DNA from: a virus
Virus record (IMG/VR): IMGVR_UViG_3300045988_082315
Span: 1-14,440 of that record
DNA: 14,440 nt
Reading direction: 5' to 3' (one strand)
Shown: piece by piece, positions 1 through 8,858 of the stretch
How the letters are laid out: every line of letters begins with the position of its first letter
Numbering within the stretch: position 1 is the first letter of the stretch
Position numbers and translations under genes: made by a program
Notes under the pieces: generated by a model
The model's input: only the letters and a program-made list of their open reading frames with translations
Told to the model about the DNA's origin: nothing
The model's database searches: none

Positions 1-34
1 GTACTTTTGTGGTATCTCCGATTATGGTAAACCG

Positions 35-60
35 AACAAATATTCCCCAAACAAATATTC
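35..60. repeat. Short direct repeat AACAAATATTC (35-45 and 50-60)
   Basis: Identical 11-mer twice with 15 bp periodicity in non-coding DNA upstream of the promoter. Confidence 0.5.
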
Positions 61-81
61 AAGTAAACATAAAACAATACA

Positions 82-98
82 TATAACATTATGTTATA
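82..98. repeat. Inverted repeat TATAACAT-T-ATGTTATA, possible regulator binding site
   Basis: Perfect 8 bp arms around one central base, about 40 bp upstream of the -35 box. Confidence 0.45.
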
Positions 99-135
99 CG
101 AACAACATTTTGTTGAAAATATTTTAAAATTATGC

Positions 136-164
136 TTGACAAATATAACAATTTGTAGTATTAT
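136..164 (+). promoter_or_regulatory. Sigma70/SigA-type promoter for the rightward operon
   Basis: TTGACA (136-141), 17 bp spacer, TATTAT (159-164); AT-rich upstream region. Confidence 0.8.
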
Positions 165-170
165 TAATGT

Positions 171-385
171 GTCGAAAGGAGATAGGCGGTAACCTATCAT
201 AAAAGTAAAACGGGACTAACCTTTCGAATGGTTGTAAGAGGTTGGGAAACATACTAATACGTATATAGTATTTTGGCTTTAAGCGACGAGCCGTCCTAGT
301 GAAAACGCCAATACATAAGTATTGAAAGTTATAGCTATATCTTATGAAAGCTAGAAAAAATTATGGTTTGCTACCTAATAGCAAG
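171..385 (+). ncRNA. Candidate structured leader / small RNA (possible packaging-RNA analogue)
   Basis: Non-coding stretch starting at the predicted transcription start. Complementary arms: CGAAAGG (173-179)/CCTTTCG (220-226) enclosing hairpin GATAGG-CGGTAA-CCTATC (181-198); ATACTA/TAGTAT (251-256/266-271); TTGGC/GCCAA (273-277/307-311); TTGCTA/TAGCAA (368-373/379-384). No match to a known family could be tested. Confidence 0.4.
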
Positions 386-399
386 AAAGAGGGAATAAA

Positions 400-807
400 A
401 TGGAAACAAGAAAGTATGAAGTAACAGTAAACGAAAAGAAAGGAACTTGCGACAACGCATTATTCGAGAAAATGGCAAAGAAAGGAGATTTAACAGCTAT
501 CAAATTATCAGAGTTAGTAGGCGTAGAAGTTAAAATAACAGGATACGCAAAATGTCATATTGTAACAGACGAAAAAGAGTTTGACATTAACTACTTTGAT
601 ACAGAAGAATACGGCTTAGTATCTAGTGGTAGTGAAATCTTCACAGAAAGCGTAGTAGATTATTTCGGAGAAGTAGAAAGCGTAAGACTAACAGAAGTAA
701 AAACAAAGAAAGGTAAAACTTATAAAGCAGTACCAGTACTAGGAAATAACAAAAAAGAAGAAACTACAAAAAATGAAGAAGAAACAACAGACGATTTACC
801 ATTTTAA
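400..807 (+). CDS. Putative single-stranded DNA-binding / replication accessory protein
   Basis: Intact 135 aa ORF, RBS-like GAAAGAGGG upstream, acidic C-terminus ending DDLPF typical of SSB-like proteins, located upstream of TP and DNA polymerase as expected in phi29-like phages. Confidence 0.6.
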   Translation: METRKYEVTVNEKKGTCDNALFEKMAKKGDLTAIKLSELVGVEVKITGYAKCHIVTDEKEFDINYFDTEEYGLVSSGSEIFTESVVDYFGEVESVRLTEVKTKKGKTYKAVPVLGNNKKEETTKNEEETTDDLPF

Positions 808-830
808 TTTTGTAGTAAAGGAGAATAAAT

Positions 831-1606
831 ATGCCTAAAAAGAAGGAACTAACCCGAGAGGAACAAGAATTATTTAGTGAATTAAAGAAGTTAAGTAAAA
901 GAGCTAACCAACGTATAGTAAGGTTAGAACGCGAGTTTCGGGAGAGATACTTGGGCTACAAAATATTTAAAGGAAAAGCTTGCAACCGAACCGTTGCAAG
1001 CTTGGACTGTTTCTGGGCGTGTTAAAGCCAATAAATCAATGACAGTTACACAAATGAAAGCAACTATAAAAGCTACAAAAGAATTTTTAAATAGTAGTAT
1101 TAGTACTAAAAGAGGAATAAAGAAAGCTAAACAAAAAGCTATTAAAACATTAAAAACAAGATTTAGTACTGATGTTTCGGATATATCTTACGAGGAAGCA
1201 GAAGCATTAACGAATTTTTTTGACGATAAAGAAGTAAATGGAATAACAAATTTTATACCTCGGGTCTGATGTATTAGCAGTAATAGAAGAAGCAAGAGAA
1301 AAGCAAAACGATTATGAAACTTTTTATAGTCAAATGCAAAGTATAATACAATGGAACAGAGGCTATAACACAGAAAGTATATTAAGAAAAATATATACAA
1401 AGTATGTATATAGAGGTAGTCAGAATACTGACGAAATAGAATTATTATACAGTAATGTTATAGAACTTGTAAATAATGCTAATAGTGAAAGTGATTTACA
1501 AGAGGTAGAAAGTATAATAGCAAATTTAATGTCAGAAGGGAAAATAGACGGCAAAGAATATAATTATTTAATAAACGCCATAAATGATAAAAGAAAAGAG
1601 ATTTAA
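831..1606 (+). CDS. Putative terminal protein (genome-priming protein), requiring two +1 shifts at CGG (939 and 1261)
   Basis: ORFs 831-1025, 994-1269 and 1334-1606 join into one 257 aa product when C939 and C1261 are skipped. AAGGAGAATAAAT-ATG start. Size and position directly upstream of a protein-primed polymerase match phi29 gene 3. Confidence 0.7.
939..942 (+). other. CGG-dependent +1 recoding site 1 (TTT CGG G -> TTT c GGG)
   Basis: CGG is in frame with ATG 831; zero frame stops at 1025; skipping C gives REF-G-RDTWATKYLKEKLATEPLQAWTVSG, continuous with ORF 994-1269. Confidence 0.85.
1261..1264 (+). other. CGG-dependent +1 recoding site 2 (CCT CGG G -> CCT c GGG)
   Basis: Zero frame reads CCT CGG GTC TGA; skipping C gives FIP-G-SDVLAVIEEAREKQNDYETFYSQMQSIIQW, continuous with ORF 1334-1606. 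Confidence 0.88.
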
Positions 1607-1609
1607 AGT

Positions 1610-3724
1610 ATGAAATATTATAAAGAATTTCAGTATCATTTTGGGGACATAGTAGGCGAAAGAAAAAAAGTAGATAATACTATATATTCGTTAGATATAG
1701 AAACATCAAGTTATTTAATATTACACGGTAGAATACTACCAGCAATAAAATATTTAGAATTAACAGAGGAAGAACAAAAACTAGCAGAATTTAGAAGTTG
1801 TATGTATATTTGGATGTTTTCTATTAACGAAGAAGTATATTATGGTAGAACTTGGGAAGAATTAAAAAGTTTTCTAATGCGTTTAGATTATTATAATAAT
1901 AGTAAAAAAATAGTTTTTATACACAATTTAGCGTTTGAATTTCAATATTTAAAAAGTATATTTAGATTTAAAAACGTAGTAGCAAGGAAAAAACACAAAG
2001 TTATGAAATGCGAACTAGAAGACTATAACATAGAAATTAGATGTACTTATCAGATGTCAAATTGTGCATTAAAGCAATTACCTAAAATATTTATGTTACC
2101 AGTAGAAAAGAAAGTAGGAGATTTAGATTATACATTACTTCGAACGCCAGCAACAAAATTAACAGAAAAAGAATTAGGATATTGCGAGTATGACTGTTTA
2201 GTTATATATTACTATATAAAAAGAGAATTAGAAACATACGCCAGAGTTGACAAAATACCATTAACAAGCACGGGACACGTAAGGCGAGAACTAAAAGAAA
2301 GAATATCGGAAGACTGGGACTATAAAAGAAAAGTTAAAAAGTCAATAAATATAAACCCACACATATATAATTTATTACAAGAAGCATTTGCAGGACGGAT
2401 ACACGCACGCTAATTGGATATATGTTGACGAAATACTAAAAAATATAGAAAGCTGGGACTTTACGAGTTCATATCCATATATTTTAGTTTCACATAAATT
2501 CCCGTCTACTGAGTTTCAAAAATGTATGATAAAAGATAGAAAACAAATGTTGAGTAGATTTGCATATATATTAGTAGTAGAATTTAAAAATATAAAATGT
2601 AAATATTATAATAATTTTATTTCGCAAAGTAAATGTAGAGAAATAAAAAAAGGTAAATACGATAACGGGCGTGTAATGGAAGCAGAAAGTTTAACAATTA
2701 CGCTAACAGATGTAGACTTTTATTTTTTATTAGATACTTATAAATACGATAGTTACGAAATAAAAGAAAGTTATTATAGTGTTTACGATTATTTACCTAA
2801 ACAATTTATAGAATTTGTCTTAGAAAAGTATGTAAATAAAACAGCATATAAAAACGTAGAAGGTATGGAAGTAGAATACGCAAAAGAAAAAAATAAATTT
2901 AACGCCTTGTATGGTATGAGTGTTACTAATATGATACGTGATGAAGTATTATACGATAATGAATTAGACTGGACAGAAAGAGAATTAGAAAACACAGAAA
3001 TAATAGCAAAATTAAATGAAGAAAAGAAAAAAGCGTTTTTATCTTTTGCTTATGGTGTTTGGGTTACAGCATATGCTCGTTCTAATTTATTAAAAAATGT
3101 AATACAACTAGACGAACAAGTAGTATACTGTGATACTGACAGTATGAAATTAAAAGAAGGATACGACAAAACAGTAATAGAAAAATATAACAAATTTGTA
3201 ATACAAAAATTAAAACACGTAAGCAAATTACTGGATATACCATACGAAAAATTTAGTCCGAAAGATAGTAAAGGAGAACGTCATATATTAGGGGTATTTG
3301 ATAACGACGGACAATACGACGAGTTTATAACACAAGGCGCTAAAAAATATGCTTATACAAAATGGATAGATAAAGAAAAAATAAAAGAAGATACAAACGT
3401 ACAAGAAATAAAAGGAAAAAAAGCAAAAATATTAGAAATTACAGTAGCTGGCGTACCTAAAAGCCGGCGCACAAGGTTTAAAAAATTTATCAGAATTTAA
3501 AGACAATTTTATATTTGATTTTAAATATACGAATAAAAATTTGTTAATGTATTGCGAAAATCAAGAAAAATGTACTATAATAGATTATCAAGGAAACGAA
3601 TATACAGTAGAAGACAAAAGTCGGTTGCTGTATTGTTCCGACAACATACATACTAGGGAAAGCGCTAGATTATGCCGACTTAATTTCTGATAATTCTAGT
3701 AAACGTGCAAAATATAAGGAGTGA
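1610..3724 (+). CDS. Protein-primed family B DNA polymerase (phi29-type), requiring three +1 shifts at CGG (2396, 3465, 3622)
   Basis: YSLDIETS (Exo I-like), WDFTSSYPY (motif A), KNKFNALYGM (motif B) and YCDTDSM (motif C); zero-frame ORFs 1610-2413 and 2388-3500 plus an unannotated C-terminal tail join to 703 aa after three C skips. Confidence 0.93.
2396..2399 (+). other. CGG-dependent +1 recoding site 3 (GGA CGG A -> GGA c GGA)
   Basis: Restores FAG-G-YTHANW, matching the conserved YxG(G/A) motif of phi29-type polymerases (phi29 YRGGFTWLN). Zero frame stops 5 codons later. Confidence 0.93.
3465..3468 (+). other. CGG-dependent +1 recoding site 4 (AGC CGG C -> AGC c GGC)
   Basis: Restores TVAGVPKS-G-AQGLKNLSEFKDNFIFDFKYT, resembling the phi29 C-terminal region CAGMTDKIKKEVTFENFKVGF. 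Confidence 0.9.
3622..3625 (+). other. CGG-dependent +1 recoding site 5 (AGT CGG T -> AGT c GGT)
   Basis: CGG is in the frame entered at site 4. Skipping C gives YTVEDKS-G-CCIVPTTYILGKALDYADLISDNSSKRAKYKE*, ending 4 nt before the next GTG start. Confidence 0.85.
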
Positions 3725-3728
3725 GAAA

Positions 3729-3920
3729 GTGAAAGATTTAGAATTTATTAAAAAATTTTCAAAAATAACAGTATCGGACGCGTGTAAAAAAACAAAAGTA
3801 GACAGAGCAGGACTACTAACGAATAGATTAAAAGACGAAAAGGCAAAGGCTGTAAGAGAAGAAATCGAAAATCAAATTGCAAGATTATATATAAAGGAAG
3901 AAAATAACAATGGCGAATAA
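3729..3920 (+). CDS. Small hypothetical protein, possibly helix-turn-helix
   Basis: GTG start at 3729 preceded by AAGGAG; 63 aa; sequence FIKKFSKITVSDACKKTKVDRAGLLTNRLKDEK looks HTH-like; overlaps the start of the ATPase gene. Confidence 0.6.
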   Translation: MKDLEFIKKFSKITVSDACKKTKVDRAGLLTNRLKDEKAKAVREEIENQIARLYIKEENNNGE

Positions 3921-5005
3921 AAAAGTAGTCCATTATAATATAGATAAAATAGACGCGATACGGTGCTAGAATTAACTTGATATACGGCGAGCGTTCCAAC
4001 GGGAAAAGCTATCAAGTAAAACACAAAAAAGCCGTAGAAAAATATTTAAAAACTGGCAAAAGATTTATTTTAATGCGTAGATTACGCGAGGAAATAACGT
4101 CCGAGAAAATAGAACAATATTTTCAAGATGTAGACGTAGCAAAATTAACAGAGGGAAAATATAATTGTATAACATTATATAGAAAAAATTTATATTTATC
4201 GATATACGATAACGAAACGGGTAAAACTAAAAGATTTGATAAAATAGGCTATGTAGTAGCATTATCGACAGAACAAAATTACGCAGGTGCAAGCTATTTA
4301 GATGTAGAAGACATTATATTTGAAGAATTTATGAGCCGTAGTACTTATTTACCTAATGAAAGTAATAAACTAATGAATTTTTATGCGACAGTAGATAGAA
4401 AACGTTTAAAAGTTAGACTATGGCTTGTAGGTAATACAATTTCTAGAGTATGTCCATATATTAACGACTGGGGCTTACATCAGATAATTAGCGCACAAAA
4501 ACAAGGTACAATACAAGTAAAAGAAATACCAGACGTAGTAGAAGGAAACCCACCAATTAAGATAGCACTTGAATATTGCTTATCTACTGGCAAAACTTCG
4601 GGAACTATTGGAACTAACGCAAAAATGATAAATACTGGGGCTTGGGAAACACACCCACAACCACATTTACCAAAAAGTTATAATAATTATAATGTATTAT
4701 ATCGTTTCGGCTTTCAATATCAAAGTTTCAAATTTTTATGCGAATATATAGTAGATAAGGAAGAAAAAACAAGTCCGATATGGTTTATCCGTCCATATTA
4801 TAAAGAATTTTCTAATAAAATAATTGTATTTTCTGACGTTATAAAAGTATCAAGATACTGGCAAAGAGATATATATAATATATCAATAAAAAACGAAAAA
4901 TTGCGTAACTTGTTTATGACATTTAAGGAAAACAAAATTTTTTATGCTAATGATATGGTAGGAACAGACTTTAAACAAGTTATAGATTTTCAGATAAGGA
5001 GATAG
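3910..5005 (+). CDS. DNA packaging (encapsidation) ATPase, phi29 gp16-like, requiring one +1 shift at CGG (3961)
   Basis: ATG GCG AAT at 3910; Walker A-like GERSNGKS; Walker B-like DIIFEEF; about 364 aa after skipping C3961. Zero frame hits TAG two codons after the site. Confidence 0.87.
3961..3964 (+). other. CGG-dependent +1 recoding site 6 (ATA CGG T -> ATA c GGT)
   Basis: Restores MANKKVVHYNIDKIDAI-G-ARINLIYGERSNGKSYQVK. Without it the ATPase has no canonical start and lacks the strand before Walker A. Confidence 0.87.
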
Positions 5006-5008
5006 AAA

Positions 5009-6643
5009 ATGAATAGTAAAATTATATTAGTAAAAAATATAAATATTGATAAACAATATACTAACGTGCTTTCCTATACAGAACCACAAATGTTAGAATT
5101 ATGCAGAAGTCAAGGACATTTAGTTGCGCAAGCTGACAATTATTCTTTTTTAAGAAACACGGGAACTATAATGGCTGGTTTTACTTATGCACAATGTTTA
5201 CAAGCAAACTATATCGCATTTCAAAACCCTGACTATTCTAATAAATGGTTTTTTGCTTGGATAGACGACGTTATATACAAAGGAGATAAAAACACAGAAA
5301 TAACATTTACAGTAGACGCTTGGTCTACTTGGTTTGATAAATGGAATAAAAAAGTATGTTTTATAAATAGACAACACGTAAACGACGATACAATAGGCTT
5401 ACATACAATACCCGAAAATTTAGACGTAGGCGAAGTAATAGAAGAACAAGAAACAGAAGACGAAAGCTACGGGAACGAATATGGATATTATGTAGGTGTA
5501 TTAAGTAATTGGCAAATAAAAGACGGAAGCGACGGAACAGAAGTATTAGCAAGTAATAAAGGTACACAAAACGCTGGTATTAGTGTGTATGATAATACAG
5601 TTTTTGGCGAACAATTATTCTTATTTGATATAACTTCACTACAAAGTTTTAAAAATTTAGCGTTATTTTTATTAAGAACAAACTCAGACGGACATATCGA
5701 AGACGTTAATAATATTTTTATACTTCCAAATTTAGCGATTACAGCAAGTCAATTAAACTTACATACTGCTAGTGTTGGTGGGCAAGAATTTAATTGGTAT
5801 ACATTAACATATAATACGTTACCTACAAAATTTAATACTACAATAAATAAACGTACAAGTTTTAGCAATTTTATTCCAAAAAATAATAAATGTTTTGTAT
5901 ATCCATATAATTATTTATTTGTATCTAATAATAATGGAAGTAATAACATATATAAATACGAAGATTTTACATCAGAAAATTGCGTTTTTGAAAACCAATT
6001 TAGTATTGCTATTGGTGGTAGTGGTCGATTAGTTCCTAAAAATTATAAAAATATGAGTACAAACGACGATGAAGCATTACCAACGGGAAAATATCCAACT
6101 TGTGCTTGGTCTTCTGACGCTTTCACAAACTGGCTAACGCAAAACGGTGTTAATTTAGTTGCAAGTATTGCTTTAACTGCTGGGGGTGTTGCTACTGCTA
6201 TTGCTACTGGTGGTGCTACTTTACCTATTGTAGCTGGTGCTATTACTAGTGTAGCTGGTACAGTAGCTGGAACAATAGGACAATTTAATCAAGCAAGCTT
6301 ATCGCCTAATATAGCTGGTGGTCAAGCAACTGGGGACGTTATATGGGCTTGTAATAGAAATAAATTTACATTTAGAGAAATGCGCGCTAAAACGGAATAT
6401 TTAAAAATAATAGACGATTACTTTACACGATTTGGATATGCAATAAAAAGTTTAGAATTACCTAATATTACTGGTCGTAGATATTGGAATTATGTTGAAA
6501 TTGGCGCTAGTGAAGAAATAGGATATGGCGAAGTACCAAGTAAATATATGGATATTATAAATAATGCTTGTAGACGTGGTGTTACTATATGGCATAATCA
6601 CGGAAATGTTGGAAATTACAACTTAAATAATATTATTGTATAA
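5009..6643 (+). CDS. Tail knob / distal tail protein, phi29 gp9-like
   Basis: Intact 544 aa ORF; TFTVDAWSTWFDKW-type segment and a long Ala/Gly-rich hydrophobic stretch (LVASIALTAGGVATAIATGGATLPIVAGAITSVAGTVAG) as in podoviral tail knob proteins. No in-frame CGG. Confidence 0.75.
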   Translation: MNSKIILVKNINIDKQYTNVLSYTEPQMLELCRSQGHLVAQADNYSFLRNTGTIMAGFTYAQCLQANYIAFQNPDYSNKWFFAWIDDVIYKGDKNTEITFTVDAWSTWFDKWNKKVCFINRQHVNDDTIGLHTIPENLDVGEVIEEQETEDESYGNEYGYYVGVLSNWQIKDGSDGTEVLASNKGTQNAGISVYDNTVFGEQLFLFDITSLQSFKNLALFLLRTNSDGHIEDVNNIFILPNLAITASQLNLHTASVGGQEFNWYTLTYNTLPTKFNTTINKRTSFSNFIPKNNKCFVYPYNYLFVSNNNGSNNIYKYEDFTSENCVFENQFSIAIGGSGRLVPKNYKNMSTNDDEALPTGKYPTCAWSSDAFTNWLTQNGVNLVASIALTAGGVATAIATGGATLPIVAGAITSVAGTVAGTIGQFNQASLSPNIAGGQATGDVIWACNRNKFTFREMRAKTEYLKIIDDYFTRFGYAIKSLELPNITGRRYWNYVEIGASEEIGYGEVPSKYMDIINNACRRGVTIWHNHGNVGNYNLNNIIV

Positions 6644-6659
6644 TGTTTCACGTGCAACA

Positions 6660-6685
6660 AAAAGAGAGGATATATCCTCTCTTTT
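6660..6685. terminator. Bidirectional intrinsic terminator between convergent operons
   Basis: Perfect 26 bp palindrome AAAAGAGAGGATATATCCTCTCTTTT located between the convergent stop codons. Confidence 0.9.
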
Positions 6686-6687
6686 CT

Positions 6688-8844
6688 TTAATTTTCTGTA
6701 TAATTAATATATTGATAATCAGTACCATATATTAATTGAGATGTGTCGTCAGTAATATTACCAAGTAAGAAAACATCTTTATTACTTCTATTTCCAGTTA
6801 GTGCAACTAATAAAGCATTTGTAAAGCTATTTTCTATTAAGTTATTGTGTAATATTCTATTATTAAGCGAATTTGTATTTATTCCAACGCCTCTAGCACC
6901 ATTAAAATTATTATTTAATACAATTAAATTTTTGCAAAAATCTGACTTAATATTGAAATGACTTGCTATTAAAGTTTCTGAATTATCTGTAAATTTATTA
7001 TTAGAAATTGTTATATTTTCATTTTCTATTGAAAGTTGAATACCTATATTAGCTAATAATAGTTTATTATTATCAATTAAACATTTTTTTACATATTGTA
7101 ATAATAATAATGTTGTTATACCACTACAAATATTATTTTTTATTGTTAAATTTTCTACTTTGTAATTTGTTTCAGTAAAATTAAAAGTATATTGATTAGT
7201 TCTAATAAAATTAAATTTATTATTAATATTAGCTATACAATTATTAATAATAATATTATTTCCACCAAAAATAGATATTGGGTTTTCTGCTACACTAAAA
7301 TAACAATTTTCTATTTGTGTATCAAAAAATGGATTTCCATATATTGCATTTTTTCTATTTGTTGTTTTAAATTTACAATTATTAAAATTTATACCATAAG
7401 CTAAAATTAAATTTACTATTGCTTTATTTGGGTTTAAAGTACTATCTTCAAAACTACAATTTTTTATATTAATTTTAGAATTTGTTATATAATTTTTTTG
7501 ATGTATTGGGTCGTCTTCTCTATAACCATAACCAGTAATATATATTGCATTTTCTTCATATTCAGTAAAATTACAATTTTCTACGGTTAAGCCTGTCATT
7601 ATATTTTCTTTTTGATAAGTTTGTGCAAAAGTGTTTCCATAATCTCCAATAGAAAAAGTAATAGGAAAAGTATTATTAATAAAAGTATTATTTAATATCT
7701 CTACATTATAAGCAGAAGAAACAAAAACCCCTCGATTATTTTCTAATATATTATTTCTTATTATAACATTGTAAGGGTGGAAAGTTATAGAACATCTACC
7801 CGTATTTGGATACCTTTCGTCAAAATCTCCACTCCAATGTAGTGTTATACATTCCCCATAAATATAACAATTTTCTATTAATACGTTATGTGTATCTCCA
7901 AAAATTGCTATATTTTCTGATAAAGTACCTTGTCTTTTTATTCTACAATTTCTTATTATAAAATTAGAAATATTTAAAGGAGTATCCATTTTATATGTAC
8001 CAAAACAAATAGTTGCGCCGTGTTCTCCGTGTACTCCACCACCATTATATTGTAAATTAATTTCTAAATTTAAAAAATTTACATTTGAAGTTAAAACCTT
8101 GAAAACATCATCTTTACCAGATAAAGTAGAATTTATAATAGATGTGCCATTTCCTATTAATTCACAAGGTGTATTTATTGTAATTTGTGAAGTAGTTTTA
8201 TATGTTTTATTGAATAATACTTTTTTACAATTATTAATTGCTAATTGAATAGATAAAGTGTCGTCTTCTTCATTATTTCCATAAGCCCCAAATTGTTCTA
8301 CACTCATAATATTATCCAATATCAATTCTGCTACTAATTCTTGGTTTATTTCAATTATTAATATATCGTCTATTATATCTTCTTCAATTTTATTTCTTAT
8401 TTTATATATATTCCCTCCAAAATCGTTTTTATTATAAAAACCTAAAGTTTTTGCATAACTACCATTTATTAAATTAGTAGATAATTTCATTTCGTTTACA
8501 TTATCAAAAACTAATAATGATTTAATTTTCAAAAATTCTGTAATAATTTCTTGTAATGTTCCGTCTTCTGCCATTTCATTTAATTTATTATTTATTTCTT
8601 CTTGCACATCTAGATTTTTAAAATAATTATTAACATAATTTTGTAATTCTATGAAAGCATTTGTAACATTTTCTACTTGTGTACCTAATGTATTTTCACT
8701 ATTTATTATTTTATTCATTTCTTTTCCTAATTTACAAAAAAGTTGCCACTCTGTTAAAGCGTCAAAGTCTGCTTCTATAAAAGGAAAATTCTCTAATACA
8801 AACCATTTAAAAGGTGTTAAATTTTTAAATTCAAATTTATTCAT
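6688..8844 (-). CDS. Tail fibre/appendage-type protein with right-handed beta-helix (pectate-lyase-like) body
   Basis: Intact 718 aa ORF; phage fibre-like N-terminal segment (NNKLNEMAEDGTLQEIITEFL) followed by Asn-rich beta-helix-type repeats (NIIINNCIANI..., VLIENCYIYGE...). Confidence 0.75.
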   Translation of the reverse strand: MNKFEFKNLTPFKWFVLENFPFIEADFDALTEWQLFCKLGKEMNKIINSENTLGTQVENVTNAFIELQNYVNNYFKNLDVQEEINNKLNEMAEDGTLQEIITEFLKIKSLLVFDNVNEMKLSTNLINGSYAKTLGFYNKNDFGGNIYKIRNKIEEDIIDDILIIEINQELVAELILDNIMSVEQFGAYGNNEEDDTLSIQLAINNCKKVLFNKTYKTTSQITINTPCELIGNGTSIINSTLSGKDDVFKVLTSNVNFLNLEINLQYNGGGVHGEHGATICFGTYKMDTPLNISNFIIRNCRIKRQGTLSENIAIFGDTHNVLIENCYIYGECITLHWSGDFDERYPNTGRCSITFHPYNVIIRNNILENNRGVFVSSAYNVEILNNTFINNTFPITFSIGDYGNTFAQTYQKENIMTGLTVENCNFTEYEENAIYITGYGYREDDPIHQKNYITNSKINIKNCSFEDSTLNPNKAIVNLILAYGINFNNCKFKTTNRKNAIYGNPFFDTQIENCYFSVAENPISIFGGNNIIINNCIANINNKFNFIRTNQYTFNFTETNYKVENLTIKNNICSGITTLLLLQYVKKCLIDNNKLLLANIGIQLSIENENITISNNKFTDNSETLIASHFNIKSDFCKNLIVLNNNFNGARGVGINTNSLNNRILHNNLIENSFTNALLVALTGNRSNKDVFLLGNITDDTSQLIYGTDYQYINYTEN

Positions 8845-8858
8845 TTTCTTTCTCCTCT

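Noticed and set aside
1-60. Genome terminus / inverted terminal repeat at the window start
   Set aside because: The window end (ATG of a minus-strand gene) is not the reverse complement of its start, so terminal repeats cannot be shown; the window probably does not include both ends.
171-240. A tRNA (possibly the CGGN-decoding tRNA) around TAACC-TTTCGAAT-GGTTG
   Set aside because: The T-arm-like piece is suggestive, but no cloverleaf with acceptor stem and a plausible anticodon arm could be drawn; no tRNA is supported anywhere in the window.
2388-3500. Split polymerase as two independent subunits (separate exonuclease and polymerase genes)
   Set aside because: The second ORF only has a TTG start inside the first ORF, has no separate RBS, and the C-terminus is broken again at two further CGGs; the +1 join recreates a continuous conserved motif.
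1610-3724. Introns or inteins at the breaks
   Set aside because: No extra sequence lies between the joined frames; only a single base needs to be skipped at each site.
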